A stretch of DNA of 64,000 nucleotides from Tubiluchus corallicola. Its lineage: Eukaryota; Animalia; Priapulida. The position numbers were made by a program, and so were the translations under genes. Positions within the stretch are counted from its first letter, which is position 1. Every line of letters begins with the position of its first letter. Of the stretch, positions 12,001 to 24,173 are shown in pieces. The stretch spans positions 12,369-76,368 of the forward strand of contig JAQGDQ010000957.1 of the NCBI GenBank assembly GCA_030141605.1. The letters are read 5' to 3'. The notes beneath the pieces are model-generated. The model had not been told where the DNA came from. It saw nothing but the letters and a program-made list of their open reading frames with translations, and did no database searches.

Positions 12001-14098
12001 GATGTGATAACACAAAGTAAAATGCTAGTCATGAAAGTATGCTTTAAATAGATTTTGACTTGCATTTCTGGAGAAAAATCACTCGACAAAAATGATTGCT
12101 TAAACACAAACAAAAGTGTCGTAAAATTATGTTTCGTACGTATATAAAATAGTGGCATTTCAGCAGTTTAGTATCTAAACCAGCATAAAATTTCAAGGAA
12201 TTCTTTGTGTGCTTGCAAACCAGAACCGTCTATAAGTCGGCATTCGTTATGATGTTTCAGAGTAGAAATAGCCAAAAATTTAGTCAAATGTCAATTTTTT
12301 TGTTTTCTATAAAAACAAACTCTAAACATACTGGGCTTTTTATATTCTAGCATCAAATTATCAAGAAAATGTGCACAAAATATTAAAAATCTAATTTTAT
12401 AACCGCGTACCTACTTTTCTGGCTAGAAACAAGTACTGATTTACAGAAAAACTTGTATTTTCAAACTCTGAAAATAGCTCATAGAAGCAGTCATTTTGCA
12501 TCAGATTTTTTTGTTGTTAAGCCCAAATCTTTGTCAGGAAAAGCCTGGATTTAAACATAACTTCAATGTGTTCTTGCAAAGTTTGTAGCAACCAACAGTT
12601 GTACCGTTGTTAAGTGCTTTGAACAAATGCGACAAAAAACAATGGCTAACTTTAACAGAGAATTTCTCAAAGTATGTTTTACAATGCGTAGCGTGCACCT
12701 CATCTTCAACGTGGATTATCTCAGCTTAGAAATAACATTTGAGCGATGAGCTTGGTATCAAAATGATCCTCATGAAATGCAGATTCAGGGTATGTGAATA
12801 ACTAGAAAAGCTTAACTGCCGACTTATGGACGATTTTGCTCAAGCACACATTATTTTGCTTATTTTTTTACGACAGTATATTGTACGAGGATTTTGCTAA
12901 TCAAATATCCTCCTTAAATTTTTGGATGCAGTTCATTTACTTGGCTGATCAAACTTAACTGCATAAAGCTTCCTAGCATTTCCAAACAAAACCACAAGTA
13001 AAGTCAGTTTTTACCATTAGACAGTGAGTCCTTAATCTTTGCTGCCAACAGTAAATTCAAAATCAATGATTTCAAGGACACAATGCTGGAGTTCATCCAT
13101 GACGCAGTCTGGAAAATAATCAAATCAATAATAATAGTGAAGATTCCAATCAGCTCATACTAGAGTGATTGATCGTGATTTAAAATGCATACATTGTCTG
13201 GCAATGATGCACGTAATCAGTGTCATACAGAATGCTACACAATGCATTTGAAGCCACTTACTTGCAAGCAGTAATTAGTGACATAAGTAATTGTAAAACA
13301 AAAATTGATTGAATTTGAAAATGTCTAATACAAAATATTTTGATTAGCAAATGAATAAACCCAGATTTATTATTTTTTAAAATAAATCTGGTTGAAAACG
13401 AAGCACAAGCCGTGATTCAAACCAGGATATTTTTGTTACAAGCCAAAAATCTTTGTCAAAACAGGGAAAGTTTTGGTCATAAAAATAATCTATTTCTATC
13501 TTGATTAGCAAATGAGTTTTTGTGAAGTAATTTTTAAAACAAACGTTGCTGTTTCTGCTTATAAATTCGCACATCAATTTTTTTATCACAAGCACTTAAA
13601 ACATTTATAGTTAAAACAAGACAACTTTATTATAACTTTTAATTCACATAATTAAAAATCATGCCAAATGAATTGCTCTACATTAAATGGAGTGGCCAGA
13701 CTCTAGGACTTCTCTGGACCTGGCTTATTATCAATATCAGTGAACCAGCAGACATATCTTAACCAAGCTTGATATGTCTGCTCCTCCTTTTATGAAGTAC
13801 GCGGTCACAATCAGTACAGCAAACAAAACCAACATAAGCAAGCATTAAAGGCAACCACCCATGCATTCACTACCGAGCTTATCATTGCTTAACTTCGATA
13901 GCAAAGCATATAAATTAGACCACTTGTTATTTCCCACCTAAAGAGATAAATCAAGAAGTATGTGGTTCTATAAAAGGCATCTTTACTTTTGAATTTACAT
14001 CATGTAAGTATAAGTAATAAAAATGTTTTTACATACAGATAGGTAATTACTAGAAAGTTTACAAGCTGGCAAGTAAAACTTATACTTCTACAAATACT

Positions 14099-14173
<75 letters not shown>

Positions 14174-14558
14174 TTATTTGGAAGTGTAAATACAAGTACA
14201 ATATCAAGAAACACTGGGAAAAAAAATAGATATTAATAATAATGATTATATGACAGCGTGCATATAATAAATGGCAAGAACCAGAACTAAAACTTGTTAG
14301 GTGCTTGCACCATTATAAACACGTCCAAATAATGAGAAAAAAGGACAAAAAAACGAAGGTTTTTAGGCAGTTTAAAAAAAGAGTTGTGCAAAGTAAGGAT
14401 AGAAGTGATGGATAAAAGAATGTTCAAAAGGGTAGGAAGAGTGGCTGGTGGAGATTCGGCTCATGAGATGACGAAGCATTCTGGATTCTACTAAAAAAGA
14501 ACACAAAGTTGTGACGGTTGTGTCGCACAGGAACAGTAGGTGGTTATCAAGACTAGTT

Positions 14559-14589
<31 letters not shown>

Positions 14590-17500
14590 ACTTTAGCCTT
14601 AATAGTACACAAACTGCAAAATTTAAACAACTTATCTGTTTCTTAACACGTGTATGCATGTAATTACCAAATGCATTTTTATTGTAAAATTTAAGGGTCA
14701 TCATTTTGAATTGTTGTATCCACTAGTATAAATACTTGCTGCCAGAATGCCTACAAGTTAATGATGCTAAAATGTGGCTCTCAGTGGAAAAATTACTCAC
14801 CGAGTTGTTTGGTTTAACTGCAATTAGAGTAACAGAATTGGCAAGTTCTTCTTCTGAAAGGTCCCCGAAGAGCTTTCTTGCTGAGTACAAAGACTGCTGT
14901 CATGAAAAGAAGAAGATTCAAGTTTAGATTTAACAAAGTCCTGGCAAGTTTAAAAACATTAATGCAAATATATATGAAACACGTATTGTTACTAGTGAAC
15001 ATTGGCGGCTCGTGTATGGGTGCCATGGAACTGCAGCACCCCCTACATTAACTCAATGTTGTTGATAATATTCAATATAATAAGTCTTTTCTTTAGTTTT
15101 TTCTTTATACTTTTATGGAACCAGAGCACATGATGGTAGTACTGATTGCTCCACACCTCAACACAGTGGTGTTTGGCTGTTGTTGGCCATGATGCACGCT
15201 GCACTGCCAGCGTCTGCTGCTAGATAGAGAAAGCACTGTCGCTCACACAGTTTGTCGTCAGTTATCACTTGCTTAAAAACCGTGTACCGGCATATTCTTG
15301 AACTGCGGCAATTTAGGCCACCCGTAAGCAAAAAATTTTTTGTTTAGGATTTTGTCAAGTCTACATATAAATTTTTGTACGTTTGTTTAAAATTACAATT
15401 ACAAATTATAACATTAAAATTACACGTTTGTTTCGTTTTACACAGTATTAAAACAATGGATAAAAATTTTCTGAAGCAGCACCACCACTAATTTTAACTC
15501 CAGGCTGCCACTGCTAGTGAATGCATTTATTAATTATGTGTAGTTTATATGGTACAGCTTATTTTGCACCCTATGCATGCAAATAAATGTTAAATCTCAT
15601 TATTATGTGTATGGGAAATATGTAGTATGCATAAGATGTTAAAGAACAATTACGGCACATAATCTTATAGAAAAATGAATTAGATCAAGTATTATTGCAG
15701 TAATAAAGAACCTAAGATTTTCATAATTTTCTGTTAACATTTATGGTGTGGATACGAAGGCTGAATGATTATGGCAATGTTAAGCAGGTAGCGAATTTAG
15801 TTCGTAAAAGTGAACAATTCAAAGTCTACAGAAATGATACATAAGATCATTTCTCATGACTTGTGTTAGAAACAGTGTAAGAACACACATGATACTATAG
15901 ACTATATTCAGTGATTCAAGATCAAAGAGAAAGGGCGTTTAAGCGTTCCGGTGTTTATGGGTCTTATGGTAACATGGCATATCAGGCTTAACTTGCTTAG
16001 CAATAATTTGAAACATGGAGAAACATTGTAACTGCTGACTAATGCTTACCTTAGAGCACTAATTGTTTTAATTATCAAATAATAATAATAAGAAATAATA
16101 GACATCATAAGTGTCCAATAAGTGTAAACAGCAAAAATTTCTATAGCATTCCATGTAAACTTGACAGATTATGGACACAAAATCTAAAAAAAGAACTATT
16201 ATTGAAACTTAATTACCTGAAGAGTTGATGATGCTGTGGTAGACGACACTATCCTGGTGGCATCTGTAGTTGAGGTGGATTTAGCTGGTTTAGTGGAAAC
16301 AGGTAATGGCCATAAAAAAGGTAATGACGATGGTTTTGTTACACTGACAATAGGATGTCCAAACTGTGGAGTTATACTTGATGGTGAAATATTTGGAGGT
16401 TGTGAAACCGTAGGTGTATTATTAAAGTTATTTGGTATACCTGATAAAGTTTTAGATTCTTTGATTAATGTGACAGTTGTTGACGAAGAATCCCAAACTA
16501 TTGATGAAAGTGCAAAACTAGTCTTACTATCAGCAATTGTTGAAGGCAGCATTACTGATGTAGTATTTGCCTGAAAACTTTCACCTGTCGATAATTGGGG
16601 AAGAGTGCTTGCTTCCAAAGATGGCGTTTTCAATGTACTTGTTTCAGAATAATGCAATTCGTGCAACATGCTAGTCTGAAGAAACGGTATGGACTGTGTG
16701 CTTGTTAATGATGAGCTGCTTTGTGTCCACAAATTCCCATTCATTTGTGAAGCAGCAACTAAAGATGAGGTTGTTACAGTTGAGCTAACTAAGCTGTGAG
16801 TACTACTTTCCAAAGGAGTTTGCATTGACCTATTGTCAGTGGTGCCATCTTTAGTGGAAGAACTAATAACAGCAGTAACAGCTGACACTTCTGACAATGA
16901 TGACAGAGAGTGTTTTGAAGTGTTTGTCAAGGTAGAATATAAGACTGTCTCGTTGGGTTGCTCCACACTTTTAGTAGGAAATGACGCTGCAGTAGAGTAT
17001 AATATGGAGTCTTGGCTACTTAATTTTGAAAATCTGCTGCCCATAGATGTTGAACTAAGAAATGAAGATCTAGAAACAGTTGTTGGCTCAATGTCTGATT
17101 CACCTTGGTGATGTACAGTTTCTAGTAAAGTTATTTCATTGCAGCAGGCTGTCATCGAAGAAGGTTGCAAGGTTTGTGAAAATTTAGCCGTATGGGATCT
17201 ACTGTCATATTGAAACTCTCCTGGTAAGACTGTTTGCATTTGGTCTTCTTGCTCCGAAGAACCAACCGTTGATGACACACTGTGTCGAACGTTAGATAAT
17301 GGAGTAACTTGATTATACTGCACTGTTTCTGATACACTATTCAAAGTGTTATATTCAGACGGCATCACCTGAATGCTGTAAGCATTTGGAGTTTTTGTAG
17401 TATCATTATTTTCTACGTTGATGGGTGAGATTACAATAGTACCATGCACAGGAAAGCCTGTAACAGCAGCTTCTGTAAAATTTGACAACCTTTGCTCTTC

Positions 17501-20500
17501 TATTGACATACTATCAGCTAGAGTTTCCTTTATTATAGCTGCAGTAGTATCTTTGCTGTCTTGCAATGTTACTAAACTTTCAAAGTGAAATTCTTGACCA
17601 CTTTCTGATGTAACTGTCACAGCCGTCAAAACATCCACAGCTGAGTCATTATAAATTGTACCATTAATCAAATTTGCTTGCATGGGTGTTCTGAAGTCAG
17701 AATCTGTCACTTGGCTTTCATTGAAGCCTATTTCTGTGTGTACTGATGTTTCAGCGCTCTGTTGTTTTGTGCTCTCTGGAACACCATGAACAGGAAATGT
17801 GATGTCTGGAATCAAAGAATGTTCTGTCATAGTGGTCACTGAAGAGGTACTACCAGCAGTTGAAATATACGTGTCTCTTTCTTTATTTGTTGAAATGGCA
17901 TCAGTAAATTTTGTGTCTGGTAGAAGAGGTTGATCAGATAAAGTGATACGAGAAGAAATATCGCCTGTCATTGTTACACTTGATGTGTAATCTATTTGTT
18001 GTTCATTTACAGTCAAAGATGAAAGAATGACGCTAGTATTTGGAGATAAAGAACTATTAAAAAAACTTACAAGTGGTGATTCACTGCTTTTAGTGATAGT
18101 CATAATAGTAGTAGTGTTATTAGTTACAAATTCTGTGTTAGACAGTATAATTTCAGCACTAGTATTAGTAATATCAGTCCACCTCTCTAAAGTAGTAATA
18201 GCCGGAGAAGTTTCAGCAGGAACTACATTACTCATTTTCGATACGTTGACAATAAAAGGGACTTGTGAGGTAATCAAAGTAGTATTTTTCCCATCAGTGG
18301 TAGTTTCAAAGGCATGTTCAAGCAAAGTGACATGCGGTACACTCACACCAGTTACTGCATTGGCAATTTCTTGTTGTGTTGGCATGGGAGTTGTATCAGA
18401 AATATTCATGGAAAGATTTGTGATAAGTGGAGAAGCTTCTTTGCTTGTTGTAGAACTGAGGCCATCTGTTGCCAGAGCTAGATCCTCAGTTTCAGTAGAC
18501 ATAATATGAGGCAAAACTGTGTGAGTGGGTCCACTGCCCTTCACTGTTTCTGTATATCTACCTCCCTGCTCTGTAGCTACTGAAGTTACTTCAAGAGTAT
18601 TTTCAAAAAGATGGGAATCACTTGGCAGAATGATAAATGGTCCTGTAGCTTCTGGATGTGGTGAATCAGATTCCTCCCCCTCATCTGAAGAAAATATAGC
18701 ACTTTCTGTGCTACTTATCATGAATGCTGTATTAGAAATTTCTGGTTCTGTTGTCTGTATAATTCGTGTTTCACCTTCAACATCAGCAAGCAGAGAGTGC
18801 TGAACTGTTCTCGGTAGAGTTGTCTGGGTACTGTCAAAACTAAGAGACAAAGAACTGTATCCTGATTTCTCAGATACAGGAAAATCGAGGCCACTACTTG
18901 TTGTCATAGCAGTTGATGAACCGTGGGTCTTTCCTCCTGCTTCTGTAGGAATTGGAATAGGTAGGCTGTCATGAGTAAGTGGTGAAAACAAATGTGGAAA
19001 TGTGGTTGATGTGACACCTGGTAGTGATGCAGTTGATGTCATTTCTGAAATTACATGTGGAGATGTAGTTGATACGACATCTGACGTCTCAGATGCAGAT
19101 GTAGTTGATGTGGAATCCAAGATCATATGTGGAGATGTATTTGACATTATAGATGAGCTGTCAGGTGGAAAAGTAGTTAAAGTGGAGATTTCAAGAGGTA
19201 CTGAAGCTGTCCTGATATCTGAGCTCACGTGTGGAGCTATACTGGACATGACAGCTGAGATTTCATGTGGAGATGCTGTTATCATGATATCTGAAAAATT
19301 ACCATTTGAAATAGCATCTGATACATTTTGTGGAAGTCCAGTTGATCTTACATCTAAGAGCTCATATGGAGAAGTAGTATTTGTGTTAAGTGACATCTCA
19401 CGTGGAGATGTAGTGATGATATCTGTGAAATTTCGTAGAAATGAAGTTGATTTGACATCTGTGTCATCAGACAAAAATACAGATGTTGTTGATGTAACAT
19501 TTTGGATCTCATGTTGTGTTGAAGTTGAAGCAACAGTTGAGGCCTCAAACTGGGGTGTCATTGATGTAACAGATGGAAGCTCATTCGGCACGGTAGTTGA
19601 AACGAACTGTGATATTTCACGTGGAGAAGTAGACGATGTGACATTTGAAATCTCATGTGAAGACATAGAAGAAATGCTACCCAAAATCTTATGAAGAGAA
19701 ACAGACGAAACAAAATCTGTGATCTGTGAAGCTGTAGCTAACGTAATATCTGAGGTATCACGTGTAGCTGTAATTGATGTGAAATCTGAGCTCTCCCGAG
19801 GAGATAGAGTTGATGTGTCATAGGATCGCTGATATCCATCAAGAATACTTGTAACCGCATCAGTGGACAAATCATCTGCAGCCCGTATTGTTTCTGTAGT
19901 TAACACATGAGTATCTTCCAAGCTTGATGATGTAAACTGACTAAACTCAGCAGTTTGTGGTGACGTAAACTCACTTTCGATATATGAGGCAACTGAAGCT
20001 TTGGTAGTTTTTTCTGACTCCTCATTTGAAGTTGTAAATGTAATATTTGGAGTAACGGGGAAATTCCAGTAGTCTGTAAAGTTGTGTTGGAGATCGGTTA
20101 TTAAGTTTACTACAGATGATGACAATGACGTCTGATTATTGCCATGTACTTGCTGTAGTGAGGTAGTCATTGGCAGCTGTTGGTTTATAGTATTAGTTAA
20201 ATTAAAAACAGTTTGTGTAAATTGCTGCAGCATTAATTCAGAATAAGAGTTCTCCTGCGTAGACATAGGCTGCGTGGATGTGAAAGACACATTTCCTGCA
20301 CTTGTATCTTCACTTGCGTTGATTTTTTGCACCTGTTTTTGTTGATTTACTGTAGTAAGTTGATCTTGTGTAGATTCAGAATATCCAAAAGTTTGTGTAG
20401 GTACAGGCTTTGTAGGGAAGGACAATAGAGATGAATTCACCGAAGACAGTGTCCATTGGCTGTCACCATAGGAATAAAGAACTGGTCTTCTAGAAACTAA

Positions 20501-21940
20501 AATAATAAGAAGTAACAAGACCTGTCAGTGCAGTCATACATACTGCATTAGCAGTAATTTTATTTTTGTTCAATAAAAGCACTAGTCTTGTTACATTTTT
20601 TGGGATCAAAACTACAATAAGTGCTACATAGAAAAACACATAGCAACTAGTAAATTGCCAAATCTACTTGCTGAAGTTGTACTTTTCTATCATTAAGCTG
20701 CAGAACTCGAGGTTAAAAGCTATGGCATCTATTATAAAACACGATTAGTTTGAAATTTGCTAAGCCCTGCAAAGAGCTAAAGAGCCAAAGAAAATAATTA
20801 GTAAACTAACACAATAAGCGAATATGTTTTGTTAAAAGCTTTCGAAAAGGCATGAAATCGGATTACTATTAGCACTGAGATACTTTTCAAGCAGACAATT
20901 TATCAAAACATTAGGCCTACACAATAGGATTTTCATAAGGTATGCTTTTGAGCAAATATAAAGTAGTGTATAATGCACAAATGGAATATGGAGTCATAGT
21001 GAATTTACCTGTGCCAGACTCACTACTTGTACGCACTCTGGGACTGGGTGTTGTAACTGTTGTTGAAGTAGTCGTTGTTTTTTCGCGTAGACCAACGCCC
21101 CAGAAACTAATTTGAATTTCACTTGATGCTAAACCTGTTTGTAGAATTAAATAACAAAAAAAAAACTAGTGAAATAAACAAGAAAGAACATGCAGCTTTA
21201 AAGGAAGACAGGACGATTGTTTATACTCAATCTTATTTTATTTTACTGTCCAAAATATACATTTTCTTGTCTATAAAAGTTAACAATTGTTTCTTATATT
21301 TGAATAATTAGCTTAGAAAGTTGATTAACGGCAACCGAACACAGCTATCGCTTACATCAGAAACCAACCACAGTTTGTGCAATGGCAGGCGTCTTCCCTT
21401 GCGTGTCAAGCACATTTGCATAGGTGTTACAATACTGCTTCAACGCATGATGTCATGAAAAATGGGCTTTACATCATATGACGTCATGAAACTAACACAG
21501 CAATACCGCCTTCTATTTGTCGGCCACGCGAATGTGACAAAAAGGCGCCGCTGCCAATCTTAGTAGATTCACTGAGCCGCGCATAGCTTTGAAAGTTTAA
21601 TGAAATTTAAGTATCCGAGGTAATTATTATTTAATTTAAGCTTTGATTTAAAAAAGCTATTGTAGTTTTCAATATTTTAGAGCATTCTTTATTCTGAACT
21701 CGCGTTTACACAATCGTTCGGTTTTCCTTTAAGTACCTTAAAATATAAATGCTCTTGAATATAGTTTTTTACCTATAGAAGCCTTTCACTGAATAATTAA
21801 AATAACATATGCATCGTTAAAGGATACATCTTGCTAAAGCAGGGTTTAGTTAGCAACTTTATATTCTTACCAAATGTACAGTAGCACCAAAACAACAACT
21901 GTTCAGTATAAAACCGTTTATACAGCTTTGTCTTTGACAT
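5918..21940 (-). CDS. Podocalyxin/CD34-family-like single-pass sialomucin, ~1771 aa. Coding exons (minus strand): 21940-21871, 21134-21009, 20496-16217, 14896-14801, 13108-13015, 11179-11009, 9772-9702, 8839-8609, 6094-5918
   Basis: All nine exons have GT-AG boundaries and compatible phases (total 5316 nt, one open frame). N-terminus MSKTKLYKRFYTEQLLFWCYCTFGLASS is signal-like; ~1430-aa S/T-rich region; juxtamembrane ISQDLLLHAIQKNKEKFYNLVGLNVTGIY; TM LLIITLLISVTVILVLMIVCLMWV followed by RYRR; tail ends DAWIVPLEDFLCGESALDTHL*. Confidence 0.8.
6320..6680 (-). repeat. Dispersed repeat family (other copies ~27880-28240 and ~51250-51590, opposite orientation)
   Basis: Shared blocks, e.g. ggtacagcacctgtttttatgcattgcctttccgaaatgcaggcgctagtgcccatctaactag (minus strand here) vs 51490-51555. 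Class unknown; boundaries approximate. Confidence 0.65.
7791..7910 (+). rRNA. 5S rRNA-like sequence (SINE head / pseudogene, not a canonical 5S gene)
   Basis: 120 nt ctacgaccatatcatgttgaaaaca...gatcaccgaagttaagcaac...gttagtacttggatgggtgaccgcc...ctgtaggctt with box A and box C. A few substitutions; no oligo-T terminator downstream. Confidence 0.85.
7792..8323 (+). mobile_element. 5S rRNA-derived SINE (SINE3 type), ~530 bp, 11-bp TSD ATACAGGCAGA
   Basis: 5S-like head, GC-richer body with no TTTT, 3' hairpin TGTCTTC-C-GAAGACA and a CAA-type tail. TSD at 7781-7791 and 8324-8334. Empty site atataggcagagcctattat at 34671-34690. Confidence 0.85.
8609..8839 (-). CDS. Transmembrane exon of the sialomucin gene
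   Basis: ttctag|GTTGGT...AATAAG|gtatgt, 77 codons: VGLNVTGIYPGIPSFLAEYRNPGGSRSIFEQHSLLIITLLISVTVILVLMIVCLMWVRYRRHSGSWDRKCIYFAKNK. Confidence 0.85.
8901..9310. mobile_element. Truncated copy of the hAT-type MITE at 15000-15513
   Basis: Colinear similarity from cagcggcggctcgtgcatagg through ...aatttaggc...aagcaaaaa...tttaggat. Confidence 0.7.
10574..10956. mobile_element. MITE, probably hAT-type (TIR CAGGGTTCC...GGAACCCTG, subterminal tttccctgactttt repeats)
   Basis: 9-bp perfect TIR and three tttccctgactt motifs. No clean TSD. Confidence 0.65.
11300..11640 (+). mobile_element. 5'-truncated non-LTR retrotransposon 3' end (C-terminal Cys/His motif) with internal 30-bp tandem expansion
   Basis: CNLDEIEDETHLLLRC...KFIFLL...VCKFAFDCF resembles the C-terminal E-D-E-x-H-x-L-L-x-C motif of RTE-X/CR1-group ORF2. 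CPDLYNMSIT is repeated about 3 times. Confidence 0.6.
12206..12850. mobile_element. Non-autonomous TIR element (superfamily unassigned)
   Basis: tgtgtgcttg...ccgtctataagtcggca at the left end vs tgccgacttatggacga...caagcacaca at the right end (imperfect ~35-bp TIR). Confidence 0.6.
14101..14171. repeat. (AAT)n microsatellite
   Basis: Directly visible. Confidence 0.95.
15000..15513. mobile_element. hAT-type MITE with 8-bp TSD CTAGTGAA
   Basis: TSD at 14992-14999 and 15514-15521; ends cattggcggc...gctgccactg. Confidence 0.8.
16217..20496 (-). CDS. Giant (4280 bp) Ser/Thr-rich mucin-domain exon of the sialomucin gene
   Basis: Corresponds to the 1439-aa ORF in the track. Acceptor ttttag|TTTCTAGA at 20496, donor CTTCAG|gtaatt at 16217. 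Many N-x-S/T sequons and degenerate 12-aa repeats. Confidence 0.88.
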
Positions 21941-23348
21941 CTTTTCCTTTACGGCCAGTTAATACAGAAACTGTAAATAAAATAAAAATTCAAGACTGCT
22001 GAAGAACTGACAAAATCAAATTAGATATTATTTTTAATAATAAAGTTCATCTTATTGCACAGGACAAATTAGTACACAAATTCTAACTTATACATCAAGT
22101 ATTGCATTAAAACGTGAATTCAAATCAAACGTTTGGTGGAAAGCCTCCATTTTAAATGGAACAATAAATTTGAACAGAAATAAAATGCAAAATTGCTAAT
22201 GAATATATGAAACGAAATTGTCCAAACTTACCTTAATGCAACCTACCTAAATGCAAATTGAACCTTAGAGAATTACCTATTGGCCAATAACTATTTTACA
22301 TCAAATATACACGACCAAATTGTGCTGCTTTTTATTTAGCTTTTTAAGTTTTCTCTGAGGCTGTTGACAATTAGAACAAATAGTGGTTGGCAAAGTGTTG
22401 GAAAAATCATTTAAATGATTTTCACAGCATGAAAAATTGTTATTTAGTACAAGTGGTTGAATTTTCATATTTTGCTGTATAGAGATTAGAGGTCCATGTA
22501 GCTCTTAGTTTACGTCACTAGTGGCTTTTTGCATCCTTGTAAATATTATTAATGTACTACCGGTAAGTATATTTTGCATCTTGTTCAGTAGATTATTATG
22601 TACATGTGTTTACTGCATATTTGCTTTGCATTTTGGACTAATATATAAAGTTATCCCACTAATGTTATTCGTCTCGATATGTTAATACTGCAACGTATTA
22701 GTCCATAGACTACTACTACTACTAGCCACTAAGGCCTACAACTCAGGTGATGTTTTGAAGATTATGAAGCACAGCCCATAATGCTTCTACTGATCATGAA
22801 CCCCCGAAAGCTTAAATCTTATAGGCAAGCCTGATCAAATGCCATCAGTGTATACCAGTACGCTAACTACTATAAACTATCACTATAAGATAGTTATGAT
22901 AGTATTTATTATTTTTATCATCTAAATTATTATCTACATAACTCATTATAGCTGTATATAACTTATATACTAGTCAAGTACAGACTACCATACTATTATA
23001 GCTCATGTGGCCCAAATAATATAGCCTTCTACAACCTAACATTTACTTCGACGTCACATAATTAAGCTAGTGTATCCAATAATAGTCACTTCTAATTGAA
23101 TTTAACGTACAATTACTAAAATTAAAATTTAATGTCAAAAAGAAAATCACAGCGCACAAGTGTTACACCGATTTAGCTGCAATTCCCAGAATCGTAGGCT
23201 TTTTTGCACCTTGCATTGCCATGGTTACGGAGTGCAAATTTGCCGAACCGCACGATTTCGAAATCATTGACGTGTGCTCCACTTTCCGCGTGCAGGCCCT
23301 ATAGACGTTGACGGTCAGAATTATAATTCTATACCGTCGGCTAATCAG

Positions 23349-23788
23349 TAGGGGTGAGCATTCTCTACCAGAAAGTGAATTCGAATCGAACCGAATTTGT
23401 GACTTTCGAATTCGAATCGAACCGAACTTCAGCGTTTCGAAATCGAACCGAATTCGAATTGAGATTGAAAGATTTTCGAACAAGTTTTCGAACCACCATT
23501 AAAAATTAGTCTTACAAAGATCATGCATATCACTAGATTTTGTTCTGCAATAAAACGACTAGTAATTTATTTAAAATTGTGCGCAGGAATCACAGCTAAA
23601 TTATGCTAATTGCATGATGTTTCAATCGTTTTAGTGATAAAGAACATATGTGATTGAAGTGCTGAATTATTCGACTCTATAGTTTTGGATTCGAATCGAG
23701 TTCGAACTGAAAAAACTCGTTCGAATCGAATTCGAGTGTTCGAATTCGATTCGAACGTTCGAACTCGAACGTTCGATGCTCACCCCTA
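23349..23788. mobile_element. hAT-type MITE (TIR TAGGGGTGAGCAT, TTCGAA-rich subterminal arrays), 8-bp TSD CTAATCAG
   Basis: TSD at 23341-23348 and 23789-23796; perfect 13-bp TIR. Confidence 0.85.
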
Positions 23789-23796
23789 CTAATCAG

Positions 23797-24173
23797 TACG
23801 GATGACCATCGAACGTTCGAGTTCGAACGTGCGAATTCGATTAGAATCTAAAATTATAGATCCGGATTCAGTACTTAAGCTGCATATGTTCTTTATCATT
23901 AAAATGTTTGAAACAGCATGCAAATAGCACAATTTCGCTGCAGTTTCTGTGCAAAATTTTAGATAAATTAATAATGGTTTGACTGCGGAACAAAATCAAG
24001 TACTATGCGTGATCTTTATAAGATCACTTTTTACTAGTGGTTCGAAAACTTGTTCGAAAATCTTTCACACTCAATTCGAATTCGAAATGCTGAAATTAGG
24101 TTCGATTCAAATTCGAAAGTCACAAATTCGATTCGATTCGAATTTGTATTCTGGTAGGAAATGCTCACACCTA
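23797..24173. mobile_element. Second, more diverged copy of the same hAT-type MITE in inverted orientation
   Basis: Reverse-complement similarity to 23349-23788 along its length. Flanked by CTAATCAG (23789-23796) and TTAATCAG (24174-24181). Confidence 0.8.

Noticed and set aside
16236-19694. Plus-strand ORFs of 92-230 aa rich in V/D/E
   Set aside because: Antisense shadows of the S/T-rich mucin exon.
23349-24173. CRISPR-like array from recurring TTCGAA motifs
   Set aside because: No constant repeat-spacer period, eukaryotic context, and explained by MITE subterminal repeats.
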